DNA of 36,632 bases from Thermostichus sp. DRC_bins_24 (GCA_039794845.1 JAUQVK010000015.1:1-36632), one strand, 5' to 3'; shown: positions 1 to 10,328, counted from the first letter of the stretch. Made by a program: numbers and translations. The notes: generated by a model not told the origin, from the sequence alone.

Positions 1-2
1 CA

Positions 3-1211
3 GTCTATTCCTATTGGCTCCAAAGTTGAATAGAGAAATCCATCGGCAGCCCCACCTGTCCAACGATCAATAGCCACATGAAAGGCTTGTTGGGTGTGAT
101 TTAAGTTGGCATTATTTAGAGCTTGTTGCAAGTCTTCAGATTTTTCTGCCGTGGTAATAGTCTGCCATTGTGCTGGGGAAAGTTTTACATTCTGAGCATA
201 ACAATCATCAATTTTGAGGGATCCCAAATATCCCTTTTGTTCTCGCTTGCCGTTGCCATTGCTCTCCATGCGGGCAGCTTCACCAAACAGCTCACGGATG
301 ATGGGTAATCCTTTGGTTTGGCTGAGAAATCGCTGCTTTGGATCTTGATCATCAGGAATAGCTTGATCAAGCAGTGTTCGCAGGATCCGCTCGGCTTGGG
401 AGCGCAGGGATCCTTTAATCGAACTGCCCGGAATCACAAAAGCAAGGGATCCCCCTTCGACGCGGCTGGTGAGGGGCAGCATATCTACTGTATTCCCCTC
501 GGCTTCAGCTTTAACCATGACGGGGCCGATGGGTTGCCAGTGGATGGTCATTCCCATGCGCGGGCGCGCTGAGGATCCTTTACGATTAAGTTCAACGGGA
601 TCCCCTTCTCCTCGTAAGGTTTGCAGCATCCCTTTGAAGGAGGAAAAATCCTGCTCAATCACTTGTAAGTTTTTGAGCTTCACCCGTCCTAGCCCCCTAG
701 TTTTGGCTCCCCCCAGAGAAATCTCTCCTGATTCCAAGGCGATGAGAGTATCCAGAGCCAGTTCAGAACTCGCCAGGTGTCGATCTGGATCCTCAATCGT
801 TAGTTCCAAGGGGATTTGGGTTCCCTTCGGCAAGACCGCTCGGTCAAACTTGATGCCCTCGGCTGCGGTTCCTGTGACACGATCAATGCCGACGCCATCT
901 CGAATCTCGGTGAAATGGGACTCGATGGGAGCATCTTCCACCACAATGAAGCTGGCATGGCCGCCATCCCCCTTGGGCGGCTGAAAGCCCCACAGTTTTT
1001 CAATCTCAGACTTTTGAGACCCATTGGATCCCGACATCCATCCCCGCAAAGCCCCGGCCAAACTGGTGCCGGGAATGTAGTAGTTGCCCTGGCCATCCAT
1101 CGCCAGCGACAAATCCACAATCGGATCCTGCCCAATTCCCCCCACATGCAGCGGGGTTTCGGCAACAAGGGTGCCCTTAATGCGCCAGCGAGAGGTAATT
1201 TTTCGCGCCAT
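3..1211 (-). CDS. cas7: Type III-D CRISPR RAMP protein with two Cas7 (Csm3-group) domains; the 3' end runs off the window
   Basis: Not in the ORF track. Translated by hand from ATG at 1211: MARKITSRWRIKGTLVAETPLHVGG...YIPGTSLAGALR...GVGIDRVTGTA...LGGAKTRGLG (RAMP 1 with G-rich loop), then IPGSSIKGSLRSQAERI...HVAIDRWTGGAADGFLYS (RAMP 2). Starts 3 nt after the upstream stop codon. Confidence 0.9.
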   Translation of the reverse strand, partial: MARKITSRWRIKGTLVAETPLHVGGIGQDPIVDLSLAMDGQGNYYIPGTSLAGALRGWMSGSNGSQKSEIEKLWGFQPPKGDGGHASFIVVEDAPIESHFTEIRDGVGIDRVTGTAAEGIKFDRAVLPKGTQIPLELTIEDPDRHLASSELALDTLIALESGEISLGGAKTRGLGRVKLKNLQVIEQDFSSFKGMLQTLRGEGDPVELNRKGSSARPRMGMTIHWQPIGPVMVKAEAEGNTVDMLPLTSRVEGGSLAFVIPGSSIKGSLRSQAERILRTLLDQAIPDDQDPKQRFLSQTKGLPIIRELFGEAARMESNGNGKREQKGYLGSLKIDDCYAQNVKLSPAQWQTITTAEKSEDLQQALNNANLNHTQQAFHVAIDRWTGGAADGFLYSTLEPIGID

Positions 1212-1214
1212 AAT

Positions 1215-3776
1215 CTACACTCCTACCAATTCAGATGCTTGGATAGATTCGGTATCCCGACGGCGGGCACGAATGCAGCCATCCACCAAGGTTTTTACCG
1301 CCTCTGCCCACAACTCCCGCCTCAAAGATTGGGATCCCCCTTCCGTAAGGGTGATTTTGTCCTCGTTAAGGGCCAAAAGAGTCCAAATGAGGTTGGCATC
1401 GCTGACCAACCGACGGATTTGGTTGCGACAGTCTGAGGGCCATTTCTCTTTGCGCTCTTTGCGATTGGGAACATTCTCTAAATGACTCAGCCATTCCAAA
1501 ACACCACCGACATTCCCATCACTTTCTGGTGCCACCAAACGATTCACCACCGAACGCAGGGATCCCAATTGGCTCAGGGAAGGTTCACTGTCTGAAATTC
1601 CCAAACATTGTTTTCGCCCCGCTGCCGTTTTGACGATTTCCAGAACCTTGCGTTGAATGGCGGTTCGCCAAGCGGCTTTCTCAATGACACGGGCATAATC
1701 TTTGTTGGTTGCCGAATTCATCAACGGCCCCTTTTTAGGCTGCTGGGAGGATTTTTCTGGACGCTCTCTGGTCAACTTTGAGGTGGGATTCATCAACAGG
1801 GGATGGTTGAAGTACACCTGCCCAAAGCCTTCTGCTCTGCGCTCTCCAATACCTGTGATCTCCAGTAGGCGAAGTTTTTGGGGATCAATGGGTTTGTCTT
1901 GCATCTCAAACACAAAGCAACTGCCAGCCCCCAAGCCCACCAGGGAGGGACGGGGTAAGCCCCAGCGTGACTGCCACGATTCATGGCGATGAGTACGGGT
2001 GCCGGAGGACATCAAGCCTTTGGCCTCCCTGAGGGCTAGCTGGGATCCCAGTGCTGTTCCCAACAGCCGCGCCAGAACCTTGATATCCGTGGTGGGGCGC
2101 AGCCGCTCATCCCGCATCAACACATCGGATAGGAGCCACACGGTTAAAGTTGAGGGCGCTTGGTCCGAAGTGAGAGGGGCGGGGGTGGTGATCGTAGCTT
2201 GCTGGCCCCATCTCACACTCACTTGGCCGTAGTCATCTTTTTTCGAGCGGCCAAAGCTATAGGCTGCGCCCAACCGATCGATCCAGTTGGGATCCTCCTG
2301 CTTAAGGGCTGAGGCCATAGCCTGAGGCATCCGTAATTCAGCTTGCAGCTCAGTTTTGGGTGGAATGGCCTGGTAGCTATAGACTCCCCCCCCATCCTCG
2401 GTGGGTCGCTGAACGTCATCGTCAATGGTGTTGTGGGTGTAGAGGCTGGTGCTGAGGGTGATGTGGTCGGGTAGTGACCCATTCTTGGGGATGATGTAGC
2501 CTTTACGCTCACTCTTGAGTTGCCCGGTTGCCTCGGTTTCTGCCTCAACCAAGCGGTTGTAGACTTTTTTGCCTTTTTCCAAGCCACCATCGAGCTTTTC
2601 GCCAAATAGGGCAAAGGGAACGGGCAATGACTTCTGCTCTGCTTTGGCGGGTGTGGCGTTGGTCAAAATGATCAGACCGTCTGCGATAGCTTGATGAATC
2701 CAAGGGGCATGGGGTAGACGCTTGCTCACCAAAGGCACCAAGTGGGATCCCGGTATGTAGTCCAGGGTCTCGATAATGTTGCCGATGGTTTGTTTGGCAA
2801 TGATCAGGGGCGTTTCGGTGGTAAGAGTAACCGGGATCCGAATCCACGCTTCATCTGGATCTAGGCTCAGATTAGAATTGCCTGCGAACGTGATCGAGTT
2901 TACTTGGCCGGGCTCAGGTACAGGGGGACAGGAACTATGGCTCTCCAGCCAAGTGATTATCGAATCGATATTGACCACACCCTTGGGGGTTTGAATACTG
3001 ACCTCACATCGCCCCGATCCTCTGCGGCGCTTGCCTCCCAAGTGTTCAAAAAGGCGGGTTGAAGTCCACAACAGAGCTTGAGCGGCGGCTTTGTATTCAA
3101 CATCAAGCACACCCCAAACGGCGGGATCCAACTGGCAGTGGGCCTCTAAGATGGCCCCGGCGCGCACCATCTCTTCAAATCTAAGAAAGTCTTCGCGAGC
3201 ACAGCCGCTCTCCAGATCAATGCTGACCCCCGGCTTGATGAACGTGATGGCTTCTTGTAACAAGGGCCGTCCCTGCATGGCCTCCCGCAACACTTGGGGC
3301 AAGCGGGCAGACCGGATCCCAAGAGCTGCCGGACGGGGGGCTGTTGCCACAGGGCCTTTGGCTTGAGCGGGTTGATCCCCAAACAGAAAGTTCACCCAAT
3401 CTGACCAGGATCCCTCCGTGCCTCCATCCAACCCATAGGCCACCTTTTCACAGGCATCCCGCCAAATCCCGGTTAAGGTTTTCGCCGGAAGATAGGGCAA
3501 CCCGTCGGGATCCCGAATCACCAAGCTATCCACTTCTCCTGTGCGACCGGCTCCTGTGCCAATGTGCCAGTCGCTGAGCATCTTGATTCGTAGGGTGAAT
3601 GCCTCGGGGGCAGAACTGGGATCCCAGGAAACAGAATTGGGTGACATAGATGAGGGTTTTGGATTGGAGATAGAGTTGCTAGCCTGACCGCTTTTCTGGG
3701 AATTATTTTGCCCTTGATTGGCAGATTTTGAAGCGGGTTGCTTACTATGAGTCTTCTTGTTTTTTTTCGACATCAC
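1215..3776 (-). CDS. csx10: Type III-D Csx10-like RAMP fusion (Cas7-Cas5 plus a probable C-terminal Cas11-like helical domain)
   Basis: N-terminal RAMP (SDWHIGTG...LPYLPAKTLTGIWRD...LGGKRRRGSG), further RAMP/Cas5-like motifs (YIPGS, FGRSKKDDYG, GIGERRAEGFG) and a helical tail with SQLGSLR. Overlaps the cas10 stop codon. Confidence 0.85.
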   Translation of the reverse strand: MMSKKNKKTHSKQPASKSANQGQNNSQKSGQASNSISNPKPSSMSPNSVSWDPSSAPEAFTLRIKMLSDWHIGTGAGRTGEVDSLVIRDPDGLPYLPAKTLTGIWRDACEKVAYGLDGGTEGSWSDWVNFLFGDQPAQAKGPVATAPRPAALGIRSARLPQVLREAMQGRPLLQEAITFIKPGVSIDLESGCAREDFLRFEEMVRAGAILEAHCQLDPAVWGVLDVEYKAAAQALLWTSTRLFEHLGGKRRRGSGRCEVSIQTPKGVVNIDSIITWLESHSSCPPVPEPGQVNSITFAGNSNLSLDPDEAWIRIPVTLTTETPLIIAKQTIGNIIETLDYIPGSHLVPLVSKRLPHAPWIHQAIADGLIILTNATPAKAEQKSLPVPFALFGEKLDGGLEKGKKVYNRLVEAETEATGQLKSERKGYIIPKNGSLPDHITLSTSLYTHNTIDDDVQRPTEDGGGVYSYQAIPPKTELQAELRMPQAMASALKQEDPNWIDRLGAAYSFGRSKKDDYGQVSVRWGQQATITTPAPLTSDQAPSTLTVWLLSDVLMRDERLRPTTDIKVLARLLGTALGSQLALREAKGLMSSGTRTHRHESWQSRWGLPRPSLVGLGAGSCFVFEMQDKPIDPQKLRLLEITGIGERRAEGFGQVYFNHPLLMNPTSKLTRERPEKSSQQPKKGPLMNSATNKDYARVIEKAAWRTAIQRKVLEIVKTAAGRKQCLGISDSEPSLSQLGSLRSVVNRLVAPESDGNVGGVLEWLSHLENVPNRKERKEKWPSDCRNQIRRLVSDANLIWTLLALNEDKITLTEGGSQSLRRELWAEAVKTLVDGCIRARRRDTESIQASELVGV

Positions 3777-5542
3777 TGCACCTTCTCATGAACTTCTGAA
3801 GATCCAATCAATTCCGCAGAATCAATAGCATCGAGCAAAGCTGTCAGCCAGATTGGTTTATCTTTTCGATCCACCGCCGGCGCCTCCATGAACAAAGAAT
3901 CCGAATCGCCAACCAATTGCTGCAAGGTCGGATAGCGATCGCGAATCAAACGGTAACGGGCATCAGCGGCTTGCTTGCCCTGAAATAGTCCCGCTCGTAG
4001 ATCATGAGCCTGATTGTTGGGTATGAGTCGTCGTCCTTCCTCATCTTGTTGCAACAAGATATTAATGCGAGATTGCAACTTATCCCAGTGATGAAAAGCT
4101 GCCCAATCTTTGCCAGGTGCCTCTGATAAATCCTCTAGTCTACTGACCACATAGGGGCGGTTATATAGCCTGAGGCCCCAATCTTGATTGCCTACTTTTT
4201 CGGAAAACTCCAGCTTGCCGCGAATGGATCCCAACTCTACATCGCTTGAGTCCAGCACAATATGAAAATCCAGAGCTGAACAAGGATAGGGTTTTCCATC
4301 CTTCTGGACGTGAGTTTTTACAGTTTTAGCCACTTTGATCAAGCTCTCTGCCAGCTCATACCCCACAGAAAAGGGAAAATGCGGCTTGACCACAGCTACT
4401 CCTGCACAGGCGGATAGCCGTTTCACCCCGAAGGTTTTTCCTGCAACCTCGGCAATGATATCCCCTACATCGTCATGGGTATTTCCGGTCTCCTTTTCAA
4501 ACTCTTGCAGAAATTTGCGGGTAAAAGGGATCCCATAACGTCCATCGCACACAACCGTCAGATCATCCCCACCCAAGATCAAGGGCACCAAGGGAATAAC
4601 AGTACCCTGTGCCGCGGGTGATAAGATTTTTAGGGCTGTCAGGAATGCTTTTTCAGTGCAGATATCCAGAGCCAGCGAAAACTTGCGAAGTTTGTTGACA
4701 TAATCACGGTTTTTCTGACCTGTGGTACGCGACCGATCGGCTTCTGTAGCGCCGATGTGTTCGTGGAACTTCAGGAAAATTTCTCCTAAGCCATTGCCAT
4801 CGGCATGAACAATCGCTAGCCAGCCCTTTTCTTGATTAAGGGATCCTTCTAGATCGTTATTGTCTCCGGCTAGCTCATAGCCTCGAAAGTCAGAATGCTT
4901 TTGAACCAGCTGGTTGACTCGTTCTTTACCCTCCTCCTGCTGTTGTTGCTTGACGTAGCTGAGCTTTGAAATGGGCATCAAGTCTGCCGATCTTGGCTGC
5001 CGATCCAGTAGCTGGGCCGGTAATCCGCTGGTCTGGCATTCGTCTGTGATGGGTAGACGAGGGAACCGGGTGAGCCCACTGGGTTTGGCGGCTCGTACGG
5101 CCTCATACCGCTGGTGAACGATCTTATTAATCGGGCCGAGGAGATCCTGCTCCCAGTCAAACGCTTGATAAACACCGGTCAACTCCAGCCCGGGAGCTTC
5201 TTTCAGGGCCCGTTGAGTGAGGGTACGAATGATGGCTTGGGCATCTTCTTGGGTTTTGGTCAGCAGTAAAGCTTTGCCGGAGGCGGCCAGAATTATTTCG
5301 ACGGCGGTCTGTCCTTCGTTGATCGGAGGATTCAAGTCTGGGTTCAGTAAGTCTTTCCGCAACTTTTTGCTATCTCGCCAGACCTCTAGCCTCTTCTTGC
5401 CGGTGATACTTGCTATGGCTTCTAGTACCCATTGCGTTCCGGCTCGATAGGTTATTTCTGAGGCACCAACATTCTCTCTGAGCTTGTTGGTGGAAAAAAT
5501 ATAGTTTTGGTTACCGGATGTTTCTATGAGAACCAAATACAT
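3773..5542 (-). CDS. cas10: Cas10 large subunit (type III-D), Palm cyclase motif intact, no HD nuclease domain
   Basis: Starts MYLVLIETSGNQNYIFSTNKLRENVGASE (ATG 5542). Contains HADGNGLG and LGGDDL Palm motifs. About 589 aa with no N-terminal HD region. Confidence 0.92.
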   Translation of the reverse strand: MYLVLIETSGNQNYIFSTNKLRENVGASEITYRAGTQWVLEAIASITGKKRLEVWRDSKKLRKDLLNPDLNPPINEGQTAVEIILAASGKALLLTKTQEDAQAIIRTLTQRALKEAPGLELTGVYQAFDWEQDLLGPINKIVHQRYEAVRAAKPSGLTRFPRLPITDECQTSGLPAQLLDRQPRSADLMPISKLSYVKQQQQEEGKERVNQLVQKHSDFRGYELAGDNNDLEGSLNQEKGWLAIVHADGNGLGEIFLKFHEHIGATEADRSRTTGQKNRDYVNKLRKFSLALDICTEKAFLTALKILSPAAQGTVIPLVPLILGGDDLTVVCDGRYGIPFTRKFLQEFEKETGNTHDDVGDIIAEVAGKTFGVKRLSACAGVAVVKPHFPFSVGYELAESLIKVAKTVKTHVQKDGKPYPCSALDFHIVLDSSDVELGSIRGKLEFSEKVGNQDWGLRLYNRPYVVSRLEDLSEAPGKDWAAFHHWDKLQSRINILLQQDEEGRRLIPNNQAHDLRAGLFQGKQAADARYRLIRDRYPTLQQLVGDSDSLFMEAPAVDRKDKPIWLTALLDAIDSAELIGSSEVHEKVQ

Positions 5543-5550
5543 AGCTAACC

Positions 5551-6795
5551 TCAGGTGTTTTCTCGGATCCATTCAGCAATGTGGCGATCAAGGGATCCCC
5601 ACTGTGGGATCCCAAAGACTTTGAGCTTGCGGTTGCGGGTGACCAGCTCCAGCTCGGACTGAAGCAGATGGGGGCGACGGCTGGCACAGACTAGGCCAAT
5701 ACGGGCTTCAGCTCCCCCCAGTTGTCGGGCTCGCTGGGTGGCCTCAAACAGCTTTTGCTTGCAGGTGGCTTTGTCTTGGGCGGTGGTACAGGAGATGGCA
5801 AACAGTTGGTAGCCCTTGGTGAAGGCAACATCCAGCTCAAATTGGGGAAACGGATCCTGCCGCTGTTGGGGATTTTGGATCTGGAGGGAGAGACCATAGT
5901 CGTGGATGCCGTATTGAGGTGCGAGGGTTTGGATAGTGGCTAGAACAAAGTCCTCCAGCCAAAGGCCGTGGAGCCAGCCGATGAGCTGGTAAGGGTGGTC
6001 AAAGTGGGGTGAACAAGAGGCGGGCACATCGAGGTGGTTGTTTTTGAGGATGAGATGCTGGGCGAGGCAGGCTTGGAGGGGTTCCGGCAACGCAGCCACA
6101 GAGATCAACTGAGGGGGATATTGGCTATCAAAGTGAGCTTTCAAGGGATCCACTTTGTCTCGTCGCCAACTCAGCCACCGTTTCTTGAGAGAAGGATTCA
6201 CAAGCAGGATAGCCAGTTGAGTGGCTAACTCAGGATGGACGGGATCCCGGCAAGGGGGAGCCTCGGGCTGCCAGGTGAGGCTGTGCAAGGCCAGGATCTG
6301 CTCCAGTGTTAGGGGCAACTCCACCGGGATCTGGAGGGGAGGAGCCTGAGGATGATCGATCATCATCTTGAGCAGGTGGGGATCCAGGTAGCTGAACACA
6401 GCATCGGGCCTCAAGTGTTCTAATGCTCGATAGGCATGTACAGCCATGGTTTTGGTGCCGCCAGTGTAGTTCATTCCGACGCTACCTGGAAGTTCTTGAG
6501 CTGATTTTTGAATGGTTTGATAAATTTGAAAGCCATTGGCCTGCTCTTCTGGTACAGATGCAGTACTCCCACTGCCTAGAGGCAGAACTTTGATGACTGG
6601 ACGTGGAGGGATCCCGTCCTGAAGTACTCTTGTGAGAGCTTTTACCTGCTTTTGCGTGTGGCCAGTATGCACTAGAAACAAGGTGCCTCCTGGTCTGAGC
6701 AGGGTCAGTGCTGCAACATAATTGGGCAGTGGGTTTTCCCCGATGAGAAGGTAGAGGTAATCTACCTGATAGGGAAGGAGCGGAACTGGAGGCAT
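5551..6795 (-). CDS. CRISPR-associated CARF-domain protein with a C-terminal restriction-endonuclease-like domain (DUF1887/Card1/Can2-like)
   Basis: CARF motifs LLIGENPLPN and NYTGGTKTMA. C-terminal GLWLE...ELDV...ISCTT. Stop codon lies 8 nt before the cas10 start. Confidence 0.8.
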   Translation of the reverse strand: MPPVPLLPYQVDYLYLLIGENPLPNYVAALTLLRPGGTLFLVHTGHTQKQVKALTRVLQDGIPPRPVIKVLPLGSGSTASVPEEQANGFQIYQTIQKSAQELPGSVGMNYTGGTKTMAVHAYRALEHLRPDAVFSYLDPHLLKMMIDHPQAPPLQIPVELPLTLEQILALHSLTWQPEAPPCRDPVHPELATQLAILLVNPSLKKRWLSWRRDKVDPLKAHFDSQYPPQLISVAALPEPLQACLAQHLILKNNHLDVPASCSPHFDHPYQLIGWLHGLWLEDFVLATIQTLAPQYGIHDYGLSLQIQNPQQRQDPFPQFELDVAFTKGYQLFAISCTTAQDKATCKQKLFEATQRARQLGGAEARIGLVCASRRPHLLQSELELVTRNRKLKVFGIPQWGSLDRHIAEWIRENT

Positions 6796-6984
6796 GCCAG
6801 TGACCTAGGATTCTATGTAACATATACTGCTCTCCATTTCTTGGTTAAGATTGCAACATTTTCTTCATGTTGGTTTTCTAGGGAACTTCTGCCTGGTTAC
6901 AGATTAAATGGTTTTGGAAGGGTGCCCTTCAAAGAATGTTTGTACTCGTGGTTGTTTCTGAACGTACTCAGGTGGGTTGCCCCT

Positions 6985-8112
6985 ATGTCTTCGAGCCTTA
7001 ATACCCTGTGCTGGACTGACGAAACTGTGCCCATGGGGGAGCTGCAGTGGCCTGAGACAACGGAAATGGTGGGTGTTCGGGTGGAGGTGCAAGCTCCAGA
7101 GACCTATGCCTTGGATCCGTACTATGCCAAGGGACTGCATGCCTGGTTCTTAGATCAAGTGCGGCAAACGGATCCCCGCCTCTCGGCTGAATTGGCTGAG
7201 AAAGCCTTCACCCTCTCTCGCTTGGTGGGATCCTTTCGGGAACAGGGGGGAAAACTGATCGTGCCCCCGAAACAACCCTTCCATTGGATGATCACGGGTC
7301 TGAATGCCAAGGTTTGTGACTGGTTGAGGCGGTGGACCCAGCACCTACCCTACTGGCTGGAGTTGCGGGGATCCCCTCTGCAGATTTGTGGATGGGGCTG
7401 CCATTTGCCCCCGATGGGTTACCGGCAGTTGCTGGAACAAGCGGGGCAGCCCCGTTCTTACAAGGATGTATGCCTGAGCTTTGTGTCCCCCACAAGTTTT
7501 CGCCACCGCGGGCATCATCTGCCGTTGCCGATTCCCAAGAACCTTTTTCACAGCTATTTGCGTCGCTGGAACGATTTTTCCGGTTTGCCGATTGAGATGG
7601 AACCCCTTTTGGATGGGGTAGATCGGGGGGTGTTGATTCAGCGCTACCGCCTGGAGACGGTGAAAACCACTGCAGGGCGGCGGGGTTCGGTAACCGGGTT
7701 TGTGGGCAGTTTGCAATTGGGTTTCTCCACACAGCTAGAGCCTCAGGAACAGCAACAGATTCGGGCTTTGCTCGCCTACGCGCCTTATGCTGGGACAGGC
7801 CATAAAACCCCCTTTGGATTGGGGCAAACCCGTCTGGGATGGGAATCTGAGTCAAGGGCTCAACCGGTAGCTGCTGCTGAGGAATACTTGGCAGAACGGA
7901 TCCGAGAGTTGATGGCGACGTTTTTGGCGCAACGCCAACGGCAAGGGGGATCCCGTGCCGAGAAAACAGCTTTGTCCTGGGCAACGATTCTGGCTCGAAG
8001 GGAAGGTGGCGAGTCTTTGGAACTGATCGCCCAGGATTTGGAAATGCCCTATGAGACGGTGAAAACCTATGCCAAGCTGGCACGACGAGCTCTGAGGCAG
8101 CAGGAGGGCTGA
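6985..8112 (+). CDS. cas6: CRISPR precursor-processing endoribonuclease Cas6 with a C-terminal HTH extension
   Basis: FVSPTSFR, LFHSYLRRWNDF, GFVG and the G-rich loop YAGTGHKTPFGLGQ. Start is uncertain (ATG 6985 or 7033; the ORF track's TTG 6841 is less likely). Confidence 0.9.
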   Translation: MSSSLNTLCWTDETVPMGELQWPETTEMVGVRVEVQAPETYALDPYYAKGLHAWFLDQVRQTDPRLSAELAEKAFTLSRLVGSFREQGGKLIVPPKQPFHWMITGLNAKVCDWLRRWTQHLPYWLELRGSPLQICGWGCHLPPMGYRQLLEQAGQPRSYKDVCLSFVSPTSFRHRGHHLPLPIPKNLFHSYLRRWNDFSGLPIEMEPLLDGVDRGVLIQRYRLETVKTTAGRRGSVTGFVGSLQLGFSTQLEPQEQQQIRALLAYAPYAGTGHKTPFGLGQTRLGWESESRAQPVAAAEEYLAERIRELMATFLAQRQRQGGSRAEKTALSWATILARREGGESLELIAQDLEMPYETVKTYAKLARRALRQQEG

Positions 8113-8208
8113 TTTGAAGCCAAGCTGGGACACAATCACGGGGTTTTCCATACAGCCCTTTCGCCGGTCAAACGCCCTCCGGCTTCACACCAGCCTGCCC
8201 ATGGGGCA

Positions 8209-9228
8209 GTGAGGTGTCTGATGCTCAGGTTGCTAAGCTCAAAACGTGTGTGGGCCAGAGCCATGAGGCTGATCGATCGATTAGGAAAATTGCGGATCCC
8301 GAAGCGGTGGCTGGAGCTGCTCCCAAAGCAAGAGTTGGTGGGGTTGACCCTGAGATTGGCCTGTGAAAATGCCATGCGCTACCGGCTGTTCGGTCTGGCT
8401 TCGGAAATGGCCTACAGCTCGATGTTGGCCCTGTTTCCTTTTATCCTCACCCTGCTGACGGCAGTTGGGTTGTTTGCCGGCTCCTCCCAGCAGACTTTTG
8501 AGCGCTTGATGGGCCAGTTGAGCCAGATCGCCCCCCAAGAGGCGCTGGGGCTGGTGGATCGCTACGTGCGTGATATCAGCTTTGGGCAAAACCGGGGCTT
8601 GTTGTCTCTGAGTTTCTTGGGCACCCTTTGGGCGGCTTCTGGGGCCTTGGGAGCGGTGATGACGGCTTTGGATCTGAGCCATGAAATCCCCCAAGAGATG
8701 CGCCGCCCCTTTTGGAAGCGCAAGCTGATCTCGCTGGTTTGGATGCTGGCCACCTTGGGGTTAACAGGACTGGCCAGCTTGATCTTTTTGTTTAGTGCCA
8801 GTTTTTTACGCCTTTTGGCCTTACGGGCGGGATCCCTGCCGGAGGGGGTGGCGGGCCCGACCCGACTGGATCCCTTGCGAGAGCTTTGGCTGAACGTGTG
8901 GGGATTCCTCACCTGGCCGATTGCTTTGGGGTTGATCACGCTCTCCTGTTGGGTGCTGTATCGGTTTGGCCCCAGTCTGCGCCGACGAAAAATGCCGATT
9001 TGGCCAGGAGCTGTTGCCGCTAGCCTGCTGTGGGTTGGGGTATCGGGGGGGTTGCGGATTTATGTGGGGCACTTTGGCCAGTTTAATCAGGTCTACGGCA
9101 CGGTGGGGGCGGTGATCATTCTGTTGCTTTGGGTTTGGCTCACCTCTCTGGCGCTGCTGTTTGGGGATCAGATCAACATCGCCCTCTACCAGGCGCGAAA
9201 ATTGATCCGTGAACGGCAGCAAGAGTAA
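8209..9228 (+). CDS. yihY: YihY/virulence factor BrkB family membrane protein
   Basis: LASEMAYSSMLALFP and YGTVGAVIILLLWVW motifs with several TM helices. Start may be ATG 8263. Confidence 0.85.
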   Translation: MRCLMLRLLSSKRVWARAMRLIDRLGKLRIPKRWLELLPKQELVGLTLRLACENAMRYRLFGLASEMAYSSMLALFPFILTLLTAVGLFAGSSQQTFERLMGQLSQIAPQEALGLVDRYVRDISFGQNRGLLSLSFLGTLWAASGALGAVMTALDLSHEIPQEMRRPFWKRKLISLVWMLATLGLTGLASLIFLFSASFLRLLALRAGSLPEGVAGPTRLDPLRELWLNVWGFLTWPIALGLITLSCWVLYRFGPSLRRRKMPIWPGAVAASLLWVGVSGGLRIYVGHFGQFNQVYGTVGAVIILLLWVWLTSLALLFGDQINIALYQARKLIRERQQE

Positions 9229-10328
9229 TGCAAACGGCAATTCTTTCCCCTAGCCCTGAGCACATTGCAGTGGCAGCTGAGGCGTTGGGGCGCGGCCAGT
9301 TGGTGGCAATGCCCACCGAAACGGTTTATGGCTTGGCGGGCAAGGGTTTGGATGAGGGGGCGGTGGCGACCATTTTTGCGGCCAAAGAACGGCCCCGGTT
9401 CGATCCTTTGATTTTGCATCTTCCCGCCGGGATCCCTCTCGAAAAGTTGCAGGAATGGCTGGTGGATGTGTCGGAGTTTACCCGCACCGCCCAAGAACGG
9501 TTGGGCTCCCTGATGAACACCTTTTGGCCGGGGCCCTTGACCTTGGTATTGCCGAAACGAGCGGCTGTGCCAGATTTGGTCAGCAGTGGATTGCCCACCG
9601 TTGCCCTGCGGGTGCCTGCCCATCCTGTTGCCCAAGCCCTATTGCAAGCGGTACAAACCCCTCTGGCGGCCCCCAGTGCCAATCGTTTTGGCCGCATTAG
9701 CCCGACCTCTGCCCAGGCGGTGTATGCGGAGTTGGCGGGGCGGATCCCCTTCATTTTGGATGGGGGGGAGTGCGCTGTGGGTTTGGAATCTACGGTGCTC
9801 AAGCTCAGTCCAGACGGGATCCCGACTCTGTTGCGTCCGGGCGGGATCCCTGTAGAAACCCTGGAGGCCCATCTTGGCCTGCCGATCCCTCCTGCACACT
9901 CCGCAACTGACAATACACTTGACCATACCCTAGAAGCTCCTGGACGATTGAGCAGCCACTATGCCCCCAGCAAGCCCCTGTGGCTTCTGCCCACCTGTTT
10001 TTCCCACCTCAAGCCCACCGATTGGCAGCAGCTGGCACGAGTCACGGCTGGGCATTCTCACCTCGGCGTTTTGAGTTTTGCCGAGGATCCCCAAGCCCTG
10101 CGGCACAGCCTCTCGGAGCATTGTCCTGGAGCAACCCTCACCTTGGAGGCGTTGGATCCCGACCCGGACCGGGCCGCCCGCGCCCTGTTTGCCAGTTTGC
10201 GCCGTTTGGATGAGGGGCCGGCCACGTTGTTGTTGGCGGAACCCCCGCCGAGTTCCACCGGGCTGGGCTATGCGATCATGGATCGGCTACAACGGGCCAG
10301 CAGCGCATGGAACCTTCCTCCCCTCTGA
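9228..10328 (+). CDS. sua5: L-threonylcarbamoyladenylate synthase (Sua5 type, with C-terminal SUA5 domain)
   Basis: [61 protein letters not shown] overlap with the upstream gene. Confidence 0.93.
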   Translation: MQTAILSPSPEHIAVAAEALGRGQLVAMPTETVYGLAGKGLDEGAVATIFAAKERPRFDPLILHLPAGIPLEKLQEWLVDVSEFTRTAQERLGSLMNTFWPGPLTLVLPKRAAVPDLVSSGLPTVALRVPAHPVAQALLQAVQTPLAAPSANRFGRISPTSAQAVYAELAGRIPFILDGGECAVGLESTVLKLSPDGIPTLLRPGGIPVETLEAHLGLPIPPAHSATDNTLDHTLEAPGRLSSHYAPSKPLWLLPTCFSHLKPTDWQQLARVTAGHSHLGVLSFAEDPQALRHSLSEHCPGATLTLEALDPDPDRAARALFASLRRLDEGPATLLLAEPPPSSTGLGYAIMDRLQRASSAWNLPPL

